Positions 34,482 to 44,431 of a stretch of DNA of 64,000 nt are shown here, piece by piece; within the stretch, counting starts at the first letter, position 1, and each line of letters starts with the position of its first letter. The stretch lies in the NCBI GenBank assembly GCA_963815215.1, contig CAWFFU010000012.1, positions 34,177-98,176 on the forward strand. The letters are read 5' to 3'. A program made the position numbers and the translations under genes. This DNA is from an uncultured Trueperaceae bacterium. Lineage in GTDB: Bacteria > Deinococcota > Deinococci > Deinococcales > Trueperaceae. Under the pieces are notes generated by a model. That model saw only the letters and a program-made list of their open reading frames with translations, had not been told where the DNA came from and did no database searches.

Positions 34482-35897
34482 ATGGAGATGTTGCTGGCAG
34501 GGGAATGGGTCACGCGCGACGCCGTGATCGAGGTGACGGATCCCGACGACGGTAGGGTCATCGACACCGTCCCCCAGGGCACCACCGATGACATGGAGCG
34601 AGCCCTGGACGCCGCCGAACGCGGCGCTGCGCTCGCCCGGGCGCTGCCGACGCACCGGCGCATGGCGGTGCTCGCGGAGGCGGCGCAGCGTCTCGAGCGC
34701 GACCAGGAGTCGTTCGCGCGACAGATCGCACAAGAGGGCGTCAAGACCATCCGGGAGGCGCGCAAGGAGGCGAGCCGGGCGGCGGACACGTTGCGCCTCA
34801 GCGCCGAGGAGGCCCGGCGCGTGCACGGCGAGACGCTGGCCTTCGATCAGCGCCCCGGCAGCGAGGGGCGCTTCGGCTACTACGTTCGCGAGCCGGTGGG
34901 CATCGTCGCGGCCATCACCCCCTTCAACGACCCGCTCAATCTGGTCGCCCACAAGGTGGGGCCCGCCATCGCCGCCGGCAATGCCGTCGTGCTCAAACCC
35001 GACTCCAAGACACCGTTGAGCGCCCTGAAGCTCGGCGCGCTGCTGCTCGACAGCGGCCTGCCGCCCGACCTGCTGCAGATCATCACGGGCCGCGGCAGCG
35101 TCATCGGGGATGTGCTGGTGCGTGACCCGAGGGTACGGGTGGTGTCGTTCACGGGGGGCCGCGACGCCGGCGAGGCGATCGTTCGCGCGGGCGGCCTCAA
35201 GCGCTACAGCATGGAGCTCGGTAGCAACGCGCCCACCATCGTCATGGACGATGCCGATCTCGACGCTGCTGTGCCGGCCATCGTGTCCGGCGCCTTCTGG
35301 GCCGCCGGGCAGAACTGCCTGCACGTGCAGCGCCTGCTGGTGCAACAGGGCGTGTACGACGAGGTCCGCGACCGCATGGTGGCGGGCGCGGAGGCGGTCC
35401 GTAGCGGCCCGAAGCTCGACGAGACCACCGACATGGGGCCCATCATCGACGCGGCCAACGTCGTGCGAATCGCCGCCATGGTACAAGAGGTCCGGACCGC
35501 TGGAGCCCGCCTCCTCACGGGAGGTGGCCATGAAGGCACGCACTTCGAGCCAACGCTGCTCGAGGGTGTCCCGACCGATAGCCGGCTCGCCCGCGACGAG
35601 GTGTACGGCCCGGTCACGATCCTCCAACGCGTCCACGACCTGAACGAGGCTGTCGCCGTCGCGAACGATGTCGACTACGGCCTTCAGGCGGCCGTCTTCA
35701 CCCGTGACCTCGACACCGCGCATCGCGCGGTCTCCGCCCTCCACTACGGAGGCGTGATGGTCAACGACAGCACCGATTACCGCATCGACGCCATGCCATT
35801 CGGCGGCGTCAAGGGTTCGGGGCTCGGACGTGAAGGCGTCGAGTTCGCGATCCACGAGATGACCGAGCTCAAGCTCGCGAGCTTCGTCCTGCATTGA
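34482..35897 (+). CDS. NAD(P)-dependent aldehyde dehydrogenase (DoeC/Ssd-like candidate)
   Basis: 471 aa. ITPFNDPLN, catalytic ELGSNAP and GQNCLHVQR, and [14 protein letters not shown]. It starts 3 nt after the previous stop. Confidence 0.9.
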   Translation: MEMLLAGEWVTRDAVIEVTDPDDGRVIDTVPQGTTDDMERALDAAERGAALARALPTHRRMAVLAEAAQRLERDQESFARQIAQEGVKTIREARKEASRAADTLRLSAEEARRVHGETLAFDQRPGSEGRFGYYVREPVGIVAAITPFNDPLNLVAHKVGPAIAAGNAVVLKPDSKTPLSALKLGALLLDSGLPPDLLQIITGRGSVIGDVLVRDPRVRVVSFTGGRDAGEAIVRAGGLKRYSMELGSNAPTIVMDDADLDAAVPAIVSGAFWAAGQNCLHVQRLLVQQGVYDEVRDRMVAGAEAVRSGPKLDETTDMGPIIDAANVVRIAAMVQEVRTAGARLLTGGGHEGTHFEPTLLEGVPTDSRLARDEVYGPVTILQRVHDLNEAVAVANDVDYGLQAAVFTRDLDTAHRAVSALHYGGVMVNDSTDYRIDAMPFGGVKGSGLGREGVEFAIHEMTELKLASFVLH

Positions 35898-35928
35898 CGG
35901 AGCCGGCGGAACCCATGAGGAGGGACCT

Positions 35929-36768
35929 GTGGCCGCGACCACCGAACGCGAGGCAACCCAACACGACGAGGTCGCCCGGGCCGAGGCCCTGGAGCGTGCG
36001 GAGCCGATGGTGCGCTTCGAGAAGGTGCGCAAGTCCTTCGGCTCGCTCACGGTCCTGCGCGATCTCGACTTCACGGTGCGGGCGGGGGAGAAGGTCGCGA
36101 TCATCGGTCCGAGCGGCTCAGGCAAGACCACCATCCTGCGCGTGTTGATGACGCTGGTGAAGCCCAACAGCGGCAAGGTCTTCGTCGGCGGCGATCCGTT
36201 GTGGCACCGCGAGGTGGACGGCAAGGTCCTCCCCGCGCCCCAGAGCCAGCTCAGGAAGGTGCGCAATCGCATCGGGATGGTGTTCCAGCACTTCAACCTG
36301 TTCCCCAACATGAGCGTGCTGCGCAACGTCACCGAGGCGCCCATCCACGTCAAGGGGGTGGCGCGTGCCGAGGCGGAGGCGCGCGCCCGGGAGCTGCTCG
36401 ATATGGTGGGTCTGGGCGACAAGTTCAAGGCCTTCCCCTCGCAGCTCTCCGGCGGGCAGAAGCAGCGCGTCGCCATCGCGCGCGCACTGGCGATGGACCC
36501 CGACCTGATGCTGTTCGACGAGGTCACCTCCGCCCTCGACCCCGAGCTCGTCGGCGAGGTACTGGGCATCCTGCGGCAGCTCGCGCACGAGACCAACATG
36601 ACCATGCTGATCGTGACCCACGAGATGGGCTTCGCCCGCGACGTCTCCGACCGCGTTGTGTTCTTCGATGCCGGTCAGGTGGCCGAGGAGGGCCCGCCCT
36701 CCAAGATCTTCAGCGAGCCCGAGAATCCCAGGACGCAGAGCTTCCTCAAAGCAGTCCTGGAGCACTGA
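35929..36768 (+). CDS. polar amino-acid-type ABC transporter ATP-binding protein (EhuA-like)
   Basis: Walker [10 protein letters not shown], signature LSGGQKQR and Walker B MLFDE. The insertion ...[33 protein letters not shown] resembles EhuA (from memory). GTG start after GAGGAGGGA. Confidence 0.85.
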   Translation: MAATTEREATQHDEVARAEALERAEPMVRFEKVRKSFGSLTVLRDLDFTVRAGEKVAIIGPSGSGKTTILRVLMTLVKPNSGKVFVGGDPLWHREVDGKVLPAPQSQLRKVRNRIGMVFQHFNLFPNMSVLRNVTEAPIHVKGVARAEAEARARELLDMVGLGDKFKAFPSQLSGGQKQRVAIARALAMDPDLMLFDEVTSALDPELVGEVLGILRQLAHETNMTMLIVTHEMGFARDVSDRVVFFDAGQVAEEGPPSKIFSEPENPRTQSFLKAVLEH

Positions 36769-37023
36769 GCAGCAGGACCGGCGGCTGCGAGGGCGCGGCC
36801 GCGACGCACACGGGCCGGCACCGTCCCGGCCGCGGAAGGATGTGAACCTATGTCCGAAGGGCCGCCGTCATGGGCCGAGGCCCCGCGCCGGAGCGCGGGG
36901 CGCGGCCGACCGACCGGCACCGGTCTGGCGCCTCCCTGGCGCCGACCGGTTACGCCACCAGGGCGCGCGCATGTGGCCACGTGCCCGCCCGAAGACTCGA
37001 TGTTCGAAACACAAGGAGGAACC

Positions 37024-37887
37024 ATGGCCAACCGTACGCTCAAGACCCTCACGCTGACTCTATTCGCCGTTGTGGTCGGTGCTCTGGCCTTCGCCCAGGG
37101 CGACCTCTTGCAGCAGGTCCAACAGCGGGGCTACATCCGCGTCGCGACCGCCAACGAGATCCCCTACGGCTACATCGACCAGAACGGTGACGCCAAGGGC
37201 ATCGCCCCCGACGTCGCCACCGCCGTCCTGAAGAGGATGGGGATCACCGACGTCCAGTGGATCGTCACCGAGTTCGGCTCGCTGATCCCCGGGCTCAAGG
37301 CCAACCGCTTCGACATGGCGGCCGCCAGCCAGGCCATCCTGCCGGCCCGGTGCCAGCAGGTGATCTACTCCAAGCCGAACTCCAGTTACGGTGAAGGGCT
37401 CATGGTCCCCGCGGGCAACCCGAAGAGCATCCACGGGTACGACGCCTTCGTGAACGACTCCAGCCTCAAGCTCGGCATCGTGTCGGGTGCCGACGAGCTC
37501 GATTTCGCCCACGCCATGGGGATCTCGGACAGCCAGATCGTGATGATCCCGGCCAACACGGACGCCCTGTCGGCAGTCACGACCGGTCGCATCGACGCCT
37601 ACGCCGGTACCGGCCTGACGGTCGATCGCCTGGCGAAGAAGTCTGACAAGGTCGAGCCGGTGGACCCGTTCAACGACCCCGTCGTCAACGGCAAGCCGGT
37701 CCGGAGCTGGGGCGGTTTCACCTTCAACAGCAACAACACCGCCTTCCGCGACGCCTACAACAAGGAGCTCGCGGCCTTCCAGCAGACCCCCGAGTACGCC
37801 AAGATCCTGACGAGCTACGGTCTGTCCAACACCGACGTTCAGCAGGCCCTGGCGAAGACCACCCAGGAGCTGTGCAGCGGACAGTAG
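37024..37887 (+). CDS. periplasmic substrate-binding protein (EhuB-like, family-3 SBP)
   Basis: Signal peptide MANRTLKTLTLTLFAVVVGALAFA. ...TEFGSLIPGLKANRFDM... and ...NDPVVNGKPVRSWGGFTF... resemble ectoine-binding EhuB (from memory). RBS AAGGAGGA. Confidence 0.8.
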   Translation: MANRTLKTLTLTLFAVVVGALAFAQGDLLQQVQQRGYIRVATANEIPYGYIDQNGDAKGIAPDVATAVLKRMGITDVQWIVTEFGSLIPGLKANRFDMAAASQAILPARCQQVIYSKPNSSYGEGLMVPAGNPKSIHGYDAFVNDSSLKLGIVSGADELDFAHAMGISDSQIVMIPANTDALSAVTTGRIDAYAGTGLTVDRLAKKSDKVEPVDPFNDPVVNGKPVRSWGGFTFNSNNTAFRDAYNKELAAFQQTPEYAKILTSYGLSNTDVQQALAKTTQELCSGQ

Positions 37888-38008
37888 CTTCTGAACGGGC
37901 GGGCGGGTGCCTCGAGGCACCCGCCCGCCTCCTTATCTTCTTTCGGGCCGCGGCGCGGGAGCGAGGCTCCTGGCGCACGCACCACCTCTGGAAGGGGGGA
38001 GGACGGGC

Positions 38009-38677
38009 ATGGACCTGAGCACCCTGCTTCCGCCGTTGCTCAAAGGCGCGCGGCTCACGGCCGAGCTGGCCCTGATGTCGACGGTTCTCGGAGGCGTGAT
38101 GGCCTTCGTGGCCGGCATCGGGAAGCTCTCGCGCTTCTGGCCGGCGCGCATCCTATCGATCGTGTACGTGGAGGTCTTCCGCGGCACCAGTCTTCTGGTG
38201 CAGATGTTCTGGCTCTATTACGCGTTACCGCTGCTGGGCGTCAGCCTCAGCGCGACCCTGGCGGGCGTCCTGGCGCTCGGCCTCAACATCGGCGCCTACG
38301 GTGCCGAGGTCGTACGCGGCGCCATCCTATCGGTGCCCACGGGCCAGTACGAGGCGTCGCTGGCCCTCAACTTCACGCGCCGCCACACGCTCTGGAACGT
38401 GGTGCTGCCGCAGGCGGTGGTCGAGATGATGCCCCCGTTCGGCAACCTGGTCGTGCAGAACCTCAAGGACACCGCGTTGGTCTCGTTGATCACCCTCAGT
38501 GACCTGACCTTCCGCGCCCAGAGCCTGCGCAACCTGACGCTGGAGACGGTGCCGATCTACAGCGCCACGCTGGTGCTCTACTTCGCCATGGCGCTGGTGT
38601 TGATGGTCGGCATGCGCTGGATCGAGCGCGCCGTCGCGCATCGCGTCGGCGTGACCGCGGCGAGGTCACGCTCATGA
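38009..38677 (+). CDS. ABC transporter permease (EhuC-like)
   Basis: 222 aa. HisM/GlnP-type permease with an EAA-like loop (...YEASLALNFTRRHTLWNVVLPQA...). Confidence 0.8.
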   Translation: MDLSTLLPPLLKGARLTAELALMSTVLGGVMAFVAGIGKLSRFWPARILSIVYVEVFRGTSLLVQMFWLYYALPLLGVSLSATLAGVLALGLNIGAYGAEVVRGAILSVPTGQYEASLALNFTRRHTLWNVVLPQAVVEMMPPFGNLVVQNLKDTALVSLITLSDLTFRAQSLRNLTLETVPIYSATLVLYFAMALVLMVGMRWIERAVAHRVGVTAARSRS

Positions 38678-39366
38678 TGTTCGGCATCCACTGGGACCTC
38701 AGCTCCAACGGAGCGTTCGCAGTGTCCATCCTCCCCATCCTGCTGCGCGGCATGATCATCACCATCGAGGCCACCGCGCTCGGCTTCCTGGTGGCGCTGG
38801 TCCTCGGGCTGGTCTTCGCGCTGTTGCGCGCCGTTCCCATGAAGTTGGTGGCCTGGCCGACGGCCTTCGTCATCGAGTTCGTGCGCGACACGCCGCTGCT
38901 GGTGCAGCTCTACTTCCTGTACTTCGTGCTGCCGAACTTCGGCATCGTACTGCCGGCCTTCCTCACGGGCGCCCTCGCGCTCGGCGTGCAGTACAGCGCC
39001 TACACCTCGGAGGTGTATCGCGCCGGTCTCGAGGCGGTGCCCCGCGGCCAGTGGGAGGCGTCGTTGGCGCTCAACATGCCCACCTGGCTGGTGTACCGCG
39101 ACGTGGTCGTGCCCCAGGCCGTACCGAGGGTGATCCCCGCGCTCGGCAACTATCTCGTGTCGATGCTCAAGGACACCCCGATCCTTTCGGCGGTGACGGT
39201 GCTGGAGATGCTGAACCTGGCCACCATCATCGGCGACCGCACCTTCCGCTACCTGGTTCCGCTGTCGATGGTGGGTGGGCTGTTCCTGGTGTTGACGCTG
39301 TTCAGCTCCTGGCTGGTGCGGGTGCTGGAGCGTCGCATGCCCAACGACGGCATCCCGCTCCGGTAG
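38674..39366 (+). CDS. ABC transporter permease (EhuD-like)
   Basis: 230 aa with EAA-like loop ...WEASLALNMPTWLVYRDVVVPQA.... ATGA overlap with the previous permease gene. Confidence 0.8.
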   Translation: MMFGIHWDLSSNGAFAVSILPILLRGMIITIEATALGFLVALVLGLVFALLRAVPMKLVAWPTAFVIEFVRDTPLLVQLYFLYFVLPNFGIVLPAFLTGALALGVQYSAYTSEVYRAGLEAVPRGQWEASLALNMPTWLVYRDVVVPQAVPRVIPALGNYLVSMLKDTPILSAVTVLEMLNLATIIGDRTFRYLVPLSMVGGLFLVLTLFSSWLVRVLERRMPNDGIPLR

Positions 39367-39375
39367 GCTGATCGG

Positions 39376-40395
39376 GTGGACAGGCCCACGTTACGGGACG
39401 TCTACGCTGCCGCGCAGGCCTTGCGAGGCGTCGCGCGGCGCACGCCGCTGGTCGAGAGCACGGCGTTGACGGCCGTCTCCGGCGGCCCCGCGCACCTGAA
39501 GCTGGAGAATCTGCAGGCCACCGGCGCGTTCAAGATGCGCGGGGCGACCAACGCCCTGGCGGCGCTCGACGATCGCGCACGGGCGCGCGGCGTCGTGGCG
39601 GTCTCCACCGGCAACCACGGGCGCGCGGTGGCCACAGCGGCGCGCCGGCTCGGGGTGAACGCCACCGTGTGCGTGTCCGACCGCGTGCCTGCGGGGAAGA
39701 TCGCCGCGCTTCGGGCCACCGGCTGCGAGCTCGTGATCGCCGGCGCCAGTCAGGACGACGCCGAGGTCCAGGCCCGGAAGCTCGTCGAAGAGCGCGGGCT
39801 CACCCTGATCCATCCTTTCGACGATCCGACGGTGATCGCCGGCCAGGGCACGATCGGGCTGGAGATCCTCGAGGAGCTCGCGGGCGTTCGGCGGGTGGTC
39901 GTTCCGCTGTCAGGTGGTGGGCTGATCGCCGGGGTGGCGCTGGCCGTCAAGTCGGCCGATCCCGCGATACGCGTTGTCGGGGTCTCGATGGAGCGGGGGG
40001 CCGCCATGGCGCGCAGCCTACGCGCCGGGCGGCCGGTTCCCACGCCCGAGGAGCCGACGCTGGCCGACAGCTTGCAGGGCGGCATCGGCGATGCCAACCG
40101 TTACACGCTGGAGATGGTCGCCGAGTTCGTCGACGACGTGGTGCTGGTGGGCGAGGAGGCGATCGCCCGCGCCATGCGTTTCGCGTTCGTGCAGGAGCGG
40201 CAGGTGCTGGAGGGGGGCGGGGCAGTGGGCATCGCGGCGCTCCTCGAGGGGGCGCTGCCCAGGATGGCGGGGCCGACGGCGGTGGTGTGCTCGGGTGGCA
40301 ACATCGATCCGGAGCGATTCCTCGACGTCATCGGGAGCGTCGGGTCCGCGGACGATGAGGACCCGATGGCATTGCACGGAGAGGAGCCCTCATGA
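39376..40395 (+). CDS. fold-type II PLP enzyme, threonine/serine dehydratase-like (EutB-like candidate)
   Basis: PLP-lysine motif ATGAFKMRGA, STGNHGRA and a glycine-rich loop PLSGGGLIAG. GTG start. Confidence 0.8.
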   Translation: MDRPTLRDVYAAAQALRGVARRTPLVESTALTAVSGGPAHLKLENLQATGAFKMRGATNALAALDDRARARGVVAVSTGNHGRAVATAARRLGVNATVCVSDRVPAGKIAALRATGCELVIAGASQDDAEVQARKLVEERGLTLIHPFDDPTVIAGQGTIGLEILEELAGVRRVVVPLSGGGLIAGVALAVKSADPAIRVVGVSMERGAAMARSLRAGRPVPTPEEPTLADSLQGGIGDANRYTLEMVAEFVDDVVLVGEEAIARAMRFAFVQERQVLEGGGAVGIAALLEGALPRMAGPTAVVCSGGNIDPERFLDVIGSVGSADDEDPMALHGEEPS

Positions 40396-41372
40396 GCCAG
40401 CCCACCGATCCCCAGATCCTCTACGAGCACGAGCTCCGCGCCCTGGTCGACCTCGATGGCGAAGGTCTCGATGCCGTGCGCGAGGCGTTCCGTCGGCTCT
40501 CGGGCGGCGACGCGGTGCAGCCTCCGGTGATGCGCATCGACGTGCCGGAACACCACGGCGAGGTCGACGTCAAAGGTGCCTACATCCGTGGGCTCGACAG
40601 CTTCGCTGTGAAGATGTCCTCGGGCTTCTTCGACAACCCCCGGCGCGGCCTGCCGACGGCCAGCGGCCTGATGGTGCTGATCGACGCCGAGACCGGCGTG
40701 CCGCGGGCCGTGCTGCTCGATAACGGCTACCTCACCGACGTGCGCACGGCGCTGGCGGGCGCCGCCGCTGCCGACGCGCTCGCCCGGGCGGCGGTCGACA
40801 CCGTGGCGGTGCTTGGGGCCGGCGCGCAGGCGCGTTGGCAGCTCCGCGCGCTCATGCTGGTCCGCTGGCCGCGCCGCGCGCTGGTGTGGGCGCGACGGCG
40901 GGCCGAGGCCGACCGGCTGGCTACGGAGATGACCGAGCAGCTCGGCATACCGGTGGCGGCGGTCGCCGAGGCCGAACGGGCAGTGCGCGAGAGCGACCTC
41001 GTCGTGACCACCACGCCGGCCACGCAGCCCATCGTGCAGGCGGGGTGGCTGCACCCCGGGTTGCACGTCACCGCGATGGGGTCGGACGCCGAGCACAAGC
41101 AGGAGCTCGAGCCTGCCGTACTCCGCCGGGCCGACGTCCTGGTGAGCGACCGCCGCAGCCAGGGCCTGACCATCGGCGAATTGCGCTCGGCCCACGAAGC
41201 GGGCGTCGACGTGAGCGAGGAGCGCGTCGCCGAGCTCGGCGAGGTGCTCGCCGGCGCGCGGCCGGGGCGGACCGCAGAGGACCAGATCACCGTCTGCGAC
41301 CTGACCGGAACCGGTGTGCAGGACACCGCCATCGCGCGGCTGGCGGCGGCGCGGGCGGCGACCTCGGGCTGA
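40392..41372 (+). CDS. ornithine cyclodeaminase / mu-crystallin family protein (EutC-like candidate)
   Basis: 326 aa. ...VKGAYIRGLDSFAVKM..., Rossmann motif VAVLGAGAQARWQ and ...VTAMGSDAEHKQEL.... ATGA overlap with the upstream gene. Confidence 0.8.
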   Translation: MSQPTDPQILYEHELRALVDLDGEGLDAVREAFRRLSGGDAVQPPVMRIDVPEHHGEVDVKGAYIRGLDSFAVKMSSGFFDNPRRGLPTASGLMVLIDAETGVPRAVLLDNGYLTDVRTALAGAAAADALARAAVDTVAVLGAGAQARWQLRALMLVRWPRRALVWARRRAEADRLATEMTEQLGIPVAAVAEAERAVRESDLVVTTTPATQPIVQAGWLHPGLHVTAMGSDAEHKQELEPAVLRRADVLVSDRRSQGLTIGELRSAHEAGVDVSEERVAELGEVLAGARPGRTAEDQITVCDLTGTGVQDTAIARLAAARAATSG

Positions 41373-41389
41373 GGCCGCTCGGCCGGAGC

Positions 41390-44300
41390 TCACGGCCCCG
41401 AGGCGCGCACGGCCAGGTGGCCCTGTGCGAGCTGTTTCCCGTCGGCCAACAGCGTCGCGGTGAAGGTTCCGGCCTTCGCCGGCGCCAGCATCGTACCCGT
41501 GAACGCGCCCGGGCCCGTCCGCGTGAGGGCCGTGGAGGTGCCCTGGAGCCTGACGTCGACATGCGCTGCCTTCACCAGCACGTGGGCTTCCACGCTGACG
41601 CGCTCGCCCGGGGTGGCGAAGCCGGGCGTGAGGGTGAGGGTGGCCAAGGGTCCCGAAGTGACGATCACCGTCTCGTCCTGCGTGACGCTGTGCTTGGCGC
41701 TGCGTGCCGTGATCTGGAGCGTCTCGGCGCCGTCCGAGGCGTGACGGCCGTGGCGATGAGGCAGGGGCGGCAGCGTGACCGTGCCCTGGAAGCGTCCACC
41801 ACCGAGCGGGCTCAGGGCGACGCTCGGACCGTTCGCCCAGCGGGCGTTGACGCCGGACGCGCCGGGTGCCGTCGCCGTGATCGTGAGCTGCGCGCCAGAG
41901 GGCGCCGTGGAGGGTGACACCCGGGCGTGCAATGCGAGCGACCCGGCGGTGAGCGTGGTCGTCACGACGGTCTGGGGCGGGGTGACGCCGAGCTCGACCG
42001 ACGGTGCGCTGTTGGCAGGGCCGAGGTCGACGCTCACGGAGCGCAGGTTCGGGTGGTAGCCCGCGGGGAGGCTGCGCTGCACCAGCGCGAGCAGGTAGTG
42101 GCCGGGGGCGAGCCCGTTGAAGACGAAGTCTCCGCTGGCATCGGTATCGGTGGAGCGCTGCTCGCCGTTGGGCCCGGAGAGCTGTACCGTCACGAAGGTG
42201 AGGCCCCTGGACTGTGCAGTCGGGTGCCGGCTGCCCGGCGCGGCGCTGTACACCTGACCGGACACGCTGAAGCTGCGCTTCACGACGATCGTGGTGGTGG
42301 TCGTGCGGTGAAGCCGCACGGTGACGCGGGGCGAGCCGACGACGGTGAGATCGAGTGGCAGGTTCGCGAGCTGTAGTGCAGTGGTGCCCAGTGGCAGCCG
42401 GAGCGTGAAGTCACCATGCTGATCGGTGCGCGCCTGGCGGTTGGCCGCGGCCGCCACGACCAGCACCCCCGGCAGGCCCTGAGCGCCGGAGGCGGTGTGC
42501 AGGACGACGCGGCCGTGCACGGTGCCGAGGCGGAGGCCGCCGAAGGCCGCCACCACCGACGGCGGGACCTGGAGCCCCGACAGCACGTCCGCGCTGAGCC
42601 CCACGCGGTACGTGACGGCATGGTTGGGGTCGACGCCTACCGTTCCCTGCAGGGCGATCGCGTGCGTGAGCTGGTAGCTGAGCTGGGCGTTGCCGAACAG
42701 GCGTCCGGTTGCCGTCTGGTAGTCCAGCGTCACTCCGGTGGCGACGGGACCGAGGTGAAGGCCGCCGTGTGCGTCCACCACAGGCTCCACGGGTGTGGAG
42801 ATCGGCGCCGAGGTGCCGGCGCCGATGCTGAAGCCGTTCCCGACATAGGTCTCGTCGAGCGACGCGTTCCACCCCCCCGCTTCGGTGACTCCTACCCGGG
42901 TCACCCAGGGGAGCGGGGCGACCACGGTGAACAGGCTTCCCGAGAGTTGGACGTGTCCCTGTTCGAGCTGGCCCCGGATCGAGGTCCGGACGCTGCCCAG
43001 GTGCCCGGGTATCAGGTATACGACCGAGAAGTGGCCGGAGCCGGCGCGCAGGTCGCCGGTCGCGGTGTAGCGAGCATGCTGGCTCGTGACGACGGCGGGG
43101 CCGAGCGTCTCGTACACCGACAGGGTGCCGTTCGACCCCTTCGGAGTCACGGTGGCGCTCGCGCCGAAGCCGATGGGACGGATCGCCTGGCTGTAGAGAT
43201 CGAGCGTCGCTTGCCACGGTTCCGACCCGCGGGGCGTGTAGACGCCGCCCACATCGCCCAGCAGCCCGATCCCCGACCCCTGCAGGGTGGCACCCACCAG
43301 GGGTCCGACAAGGTAGCCGCTGGGCGAGTTCTGGCCCGTGACGCCCACGTGTCCGGTGACCTGGAGCCAGGGGGTCAAGGGAGCGACGTACGAGACGGAG
43401 AGCGCGTCGGTCGACGGGTTCGTCCACGCGTGGTCGTAGGCGACGTTGAAGGCTCCGACGGTGTAGCCGACGCCGGTCCTGAGCGCCCCGGAGGCCGAGG
43501 TCGCCAAGGTCCCCGAAACGCCGCGATACCTGCCCGTCAGGTCCTGGCCTCCGAGGGGCTGATAACGGTACGAGACGCTCCAATCGTTGCCCAGCAGGCC
43601 GACGTGGCCTCCGACGCCGCCGCTGTAGGAGACCCCGCTGTCCGTGCGGACGAAGTCGGACAGACTGCCGCGGATGCCGGCGCTCGCCCGGGCCTCGAGG
43701 CCGGTGGTGCCGTAGGACACGGAGAAGGGAAGGTTCAGGTCGAGGAGCGGAGCCGAGGGGTCCGCGCCGGGGAAGGGCAGGACGTCGTAGTCGTAGACGA
43801 GTCGCTGGTCGTAGGAACTTCCTATCGCGGCGGCGGTCACGATGGCGACGCGATGCCCGAAGGCGCGTGGGGTCACCTGGAGGCGCGCCGTCCCTGAGGT
43901 TCCGGGAGCCAGGTGAAGGTGCCCCGGTGCGACACTCGCCGAGTCCTCGCCGCTGACCGACAGCGCGAAGGTCTCAGGCGCATTGCCCTGGTTGACCAGG
44001 GTCAGGGTCGTTTCGAACGACGTGCCGGCCACCGCGGCCACCGGCGGTGGAGAGCCGTGCAGCGTGGCCTGCAGGACCGTAAGCACGACGATCGTGACGG
44101 TGGTGCTGGCCGTCACGGTGCCCGCATGGTTCAGGGTCACCTGGACGCGATGCGGGCCCGCCCGCGCGGAGGGGTCGACCAGGACCGTTGCCAGCAGCTG
44201 TCCGCGCTCTTGCGCGCTCGTCCCCAGCGCGGTCAGGCCGGTGGCCGGGTGGAGTTCGACCGTCCCCGGACCGTGCGTGCGAAGGGGGATCGCGACCACG

Positions 44301-44431
44301 TCCCCCGGCATCGCCGGCGCGAGGCGGCCCGCGCCGATGGACGCCGCCTTCGCCGGCGGCCCCAGGAGGCTGCCAAGGACGGCGATGACGGCGACCGCCA
44401 GCGTGCGCCATCCGTTGCGGCCCGGGATCAT
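41390..44431 (-). CDS. large secreted multidomain beta-rich protein 'D' (1013 aa), possibly an usher/porin-like or surface-layer component
   Basis: The true start is MIPGRNGWRTLAVAVIAVLGSLLGPPAKAAS (signal peptide), with ATGA overlap onto gene C. N-terminal Ig/CARDB-like domains (TLTLVNQGNAPETFALSV) are followed by about 400 aa of Gly/Ser/Thr/Tyr-rich alternating beta-strand sequence. Two CarboxypepD_reg/Cna-B-like units follow (...TDQHGDFTLRLPLG..., ...TDASGDFVFNGLAPGHYLLAL), then C-terminal Ig-like domains. Confidence 0.6.
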   Translation of the reverse strand: MIPGRNGWRTLAVAVIAVLGSLLGPPAKAASIGAGRLAPAMPGDVVAIPLRTHGPGTVELHPATGLTALGTSAQERGQLLATVLVDPSARAGPHRVQVTLNHAGTVTASTTVTIVVLTVLQATLHGSPPPVAAVAGTSFETTLTLVNQGNAPETFALSVSGEDSASVAPGHLHLAPGTSGTARLQVTPRAFGHRVAIVTAAAIGSSYDQRLVYDYDVLPFPGADPSAPLLDLNLPFSVSYGTTGLEARASAGIRGSLSDFVRTDSGVSYSGGVGGHVGLLGNDWSVSYRYQPLGGQDLTGRYRGVSGTLATSASGALRTGVGYTVGAFNVAYDHAWTNPSTDALSVSYVAPLTPWLQVTGHVGVTGQNSPSGYLVGPLVGATLQGSGIGLLGDVGGVYTPRGSEPWQATLDLYSQAIRPIGFGASATVTPKGSNGTLSVYETLGPAVVTSQHARYTATGDLRAGSGHFSVVYLIPGHLGSVRTSIRGQLEQGHVQLSGSLFTVVAPLPWVTRVGVTEAGGWNASLDETYVGNGFSIGAGTSAPISTPVEPVVDAHGGLHLGPVATGVTLDYQTATGRLFGNAQLSYQLTHAIALQGTVGVDPNHAVTYRVGLSADVLSGLQVPPSVVAAFGGLRLGTVHGRVVLHTASGAQGLPGVLVVAAAANRQARTDQHGDFTLRLPLGTTALQLANLPLDLTVVGSPRVTVRLHRTTTTTIVVKRSFSVSGQVYSAAPGSRHPTAQSRGLTFVTVQLSGPNGEQRSTDTDASGDFVFNGLAPGHYLLALVQRSLPAGYHPNLRSVSVDLGPANSAPSVELGVTPPQTVVTTTLTAGSLALHARVSPSTAPSGAQLTITATAPGASGVNARWANGPSVALSPLGGGRFQGTVTLPPLPHRHGRHASDGAETLQITARSAKHSVTQDETVIVTSGPLATLTLTPGFATPGERVSVEAHVLVKAAHVDVRLQGTSTALTRTGPGAFTGTMLAPAKAGTFTATLLADGKQLAQGHLAVRASGP

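Noticed and set aside
33399-36605. 1068-aa ORF antisense to the homoserine DH, ALDH and ABC ATPase genes
   Set aside because: It has the same Arg/Ala/Gly/Pro-rich junk composition, and it spans three well-supported plus-strand genes.
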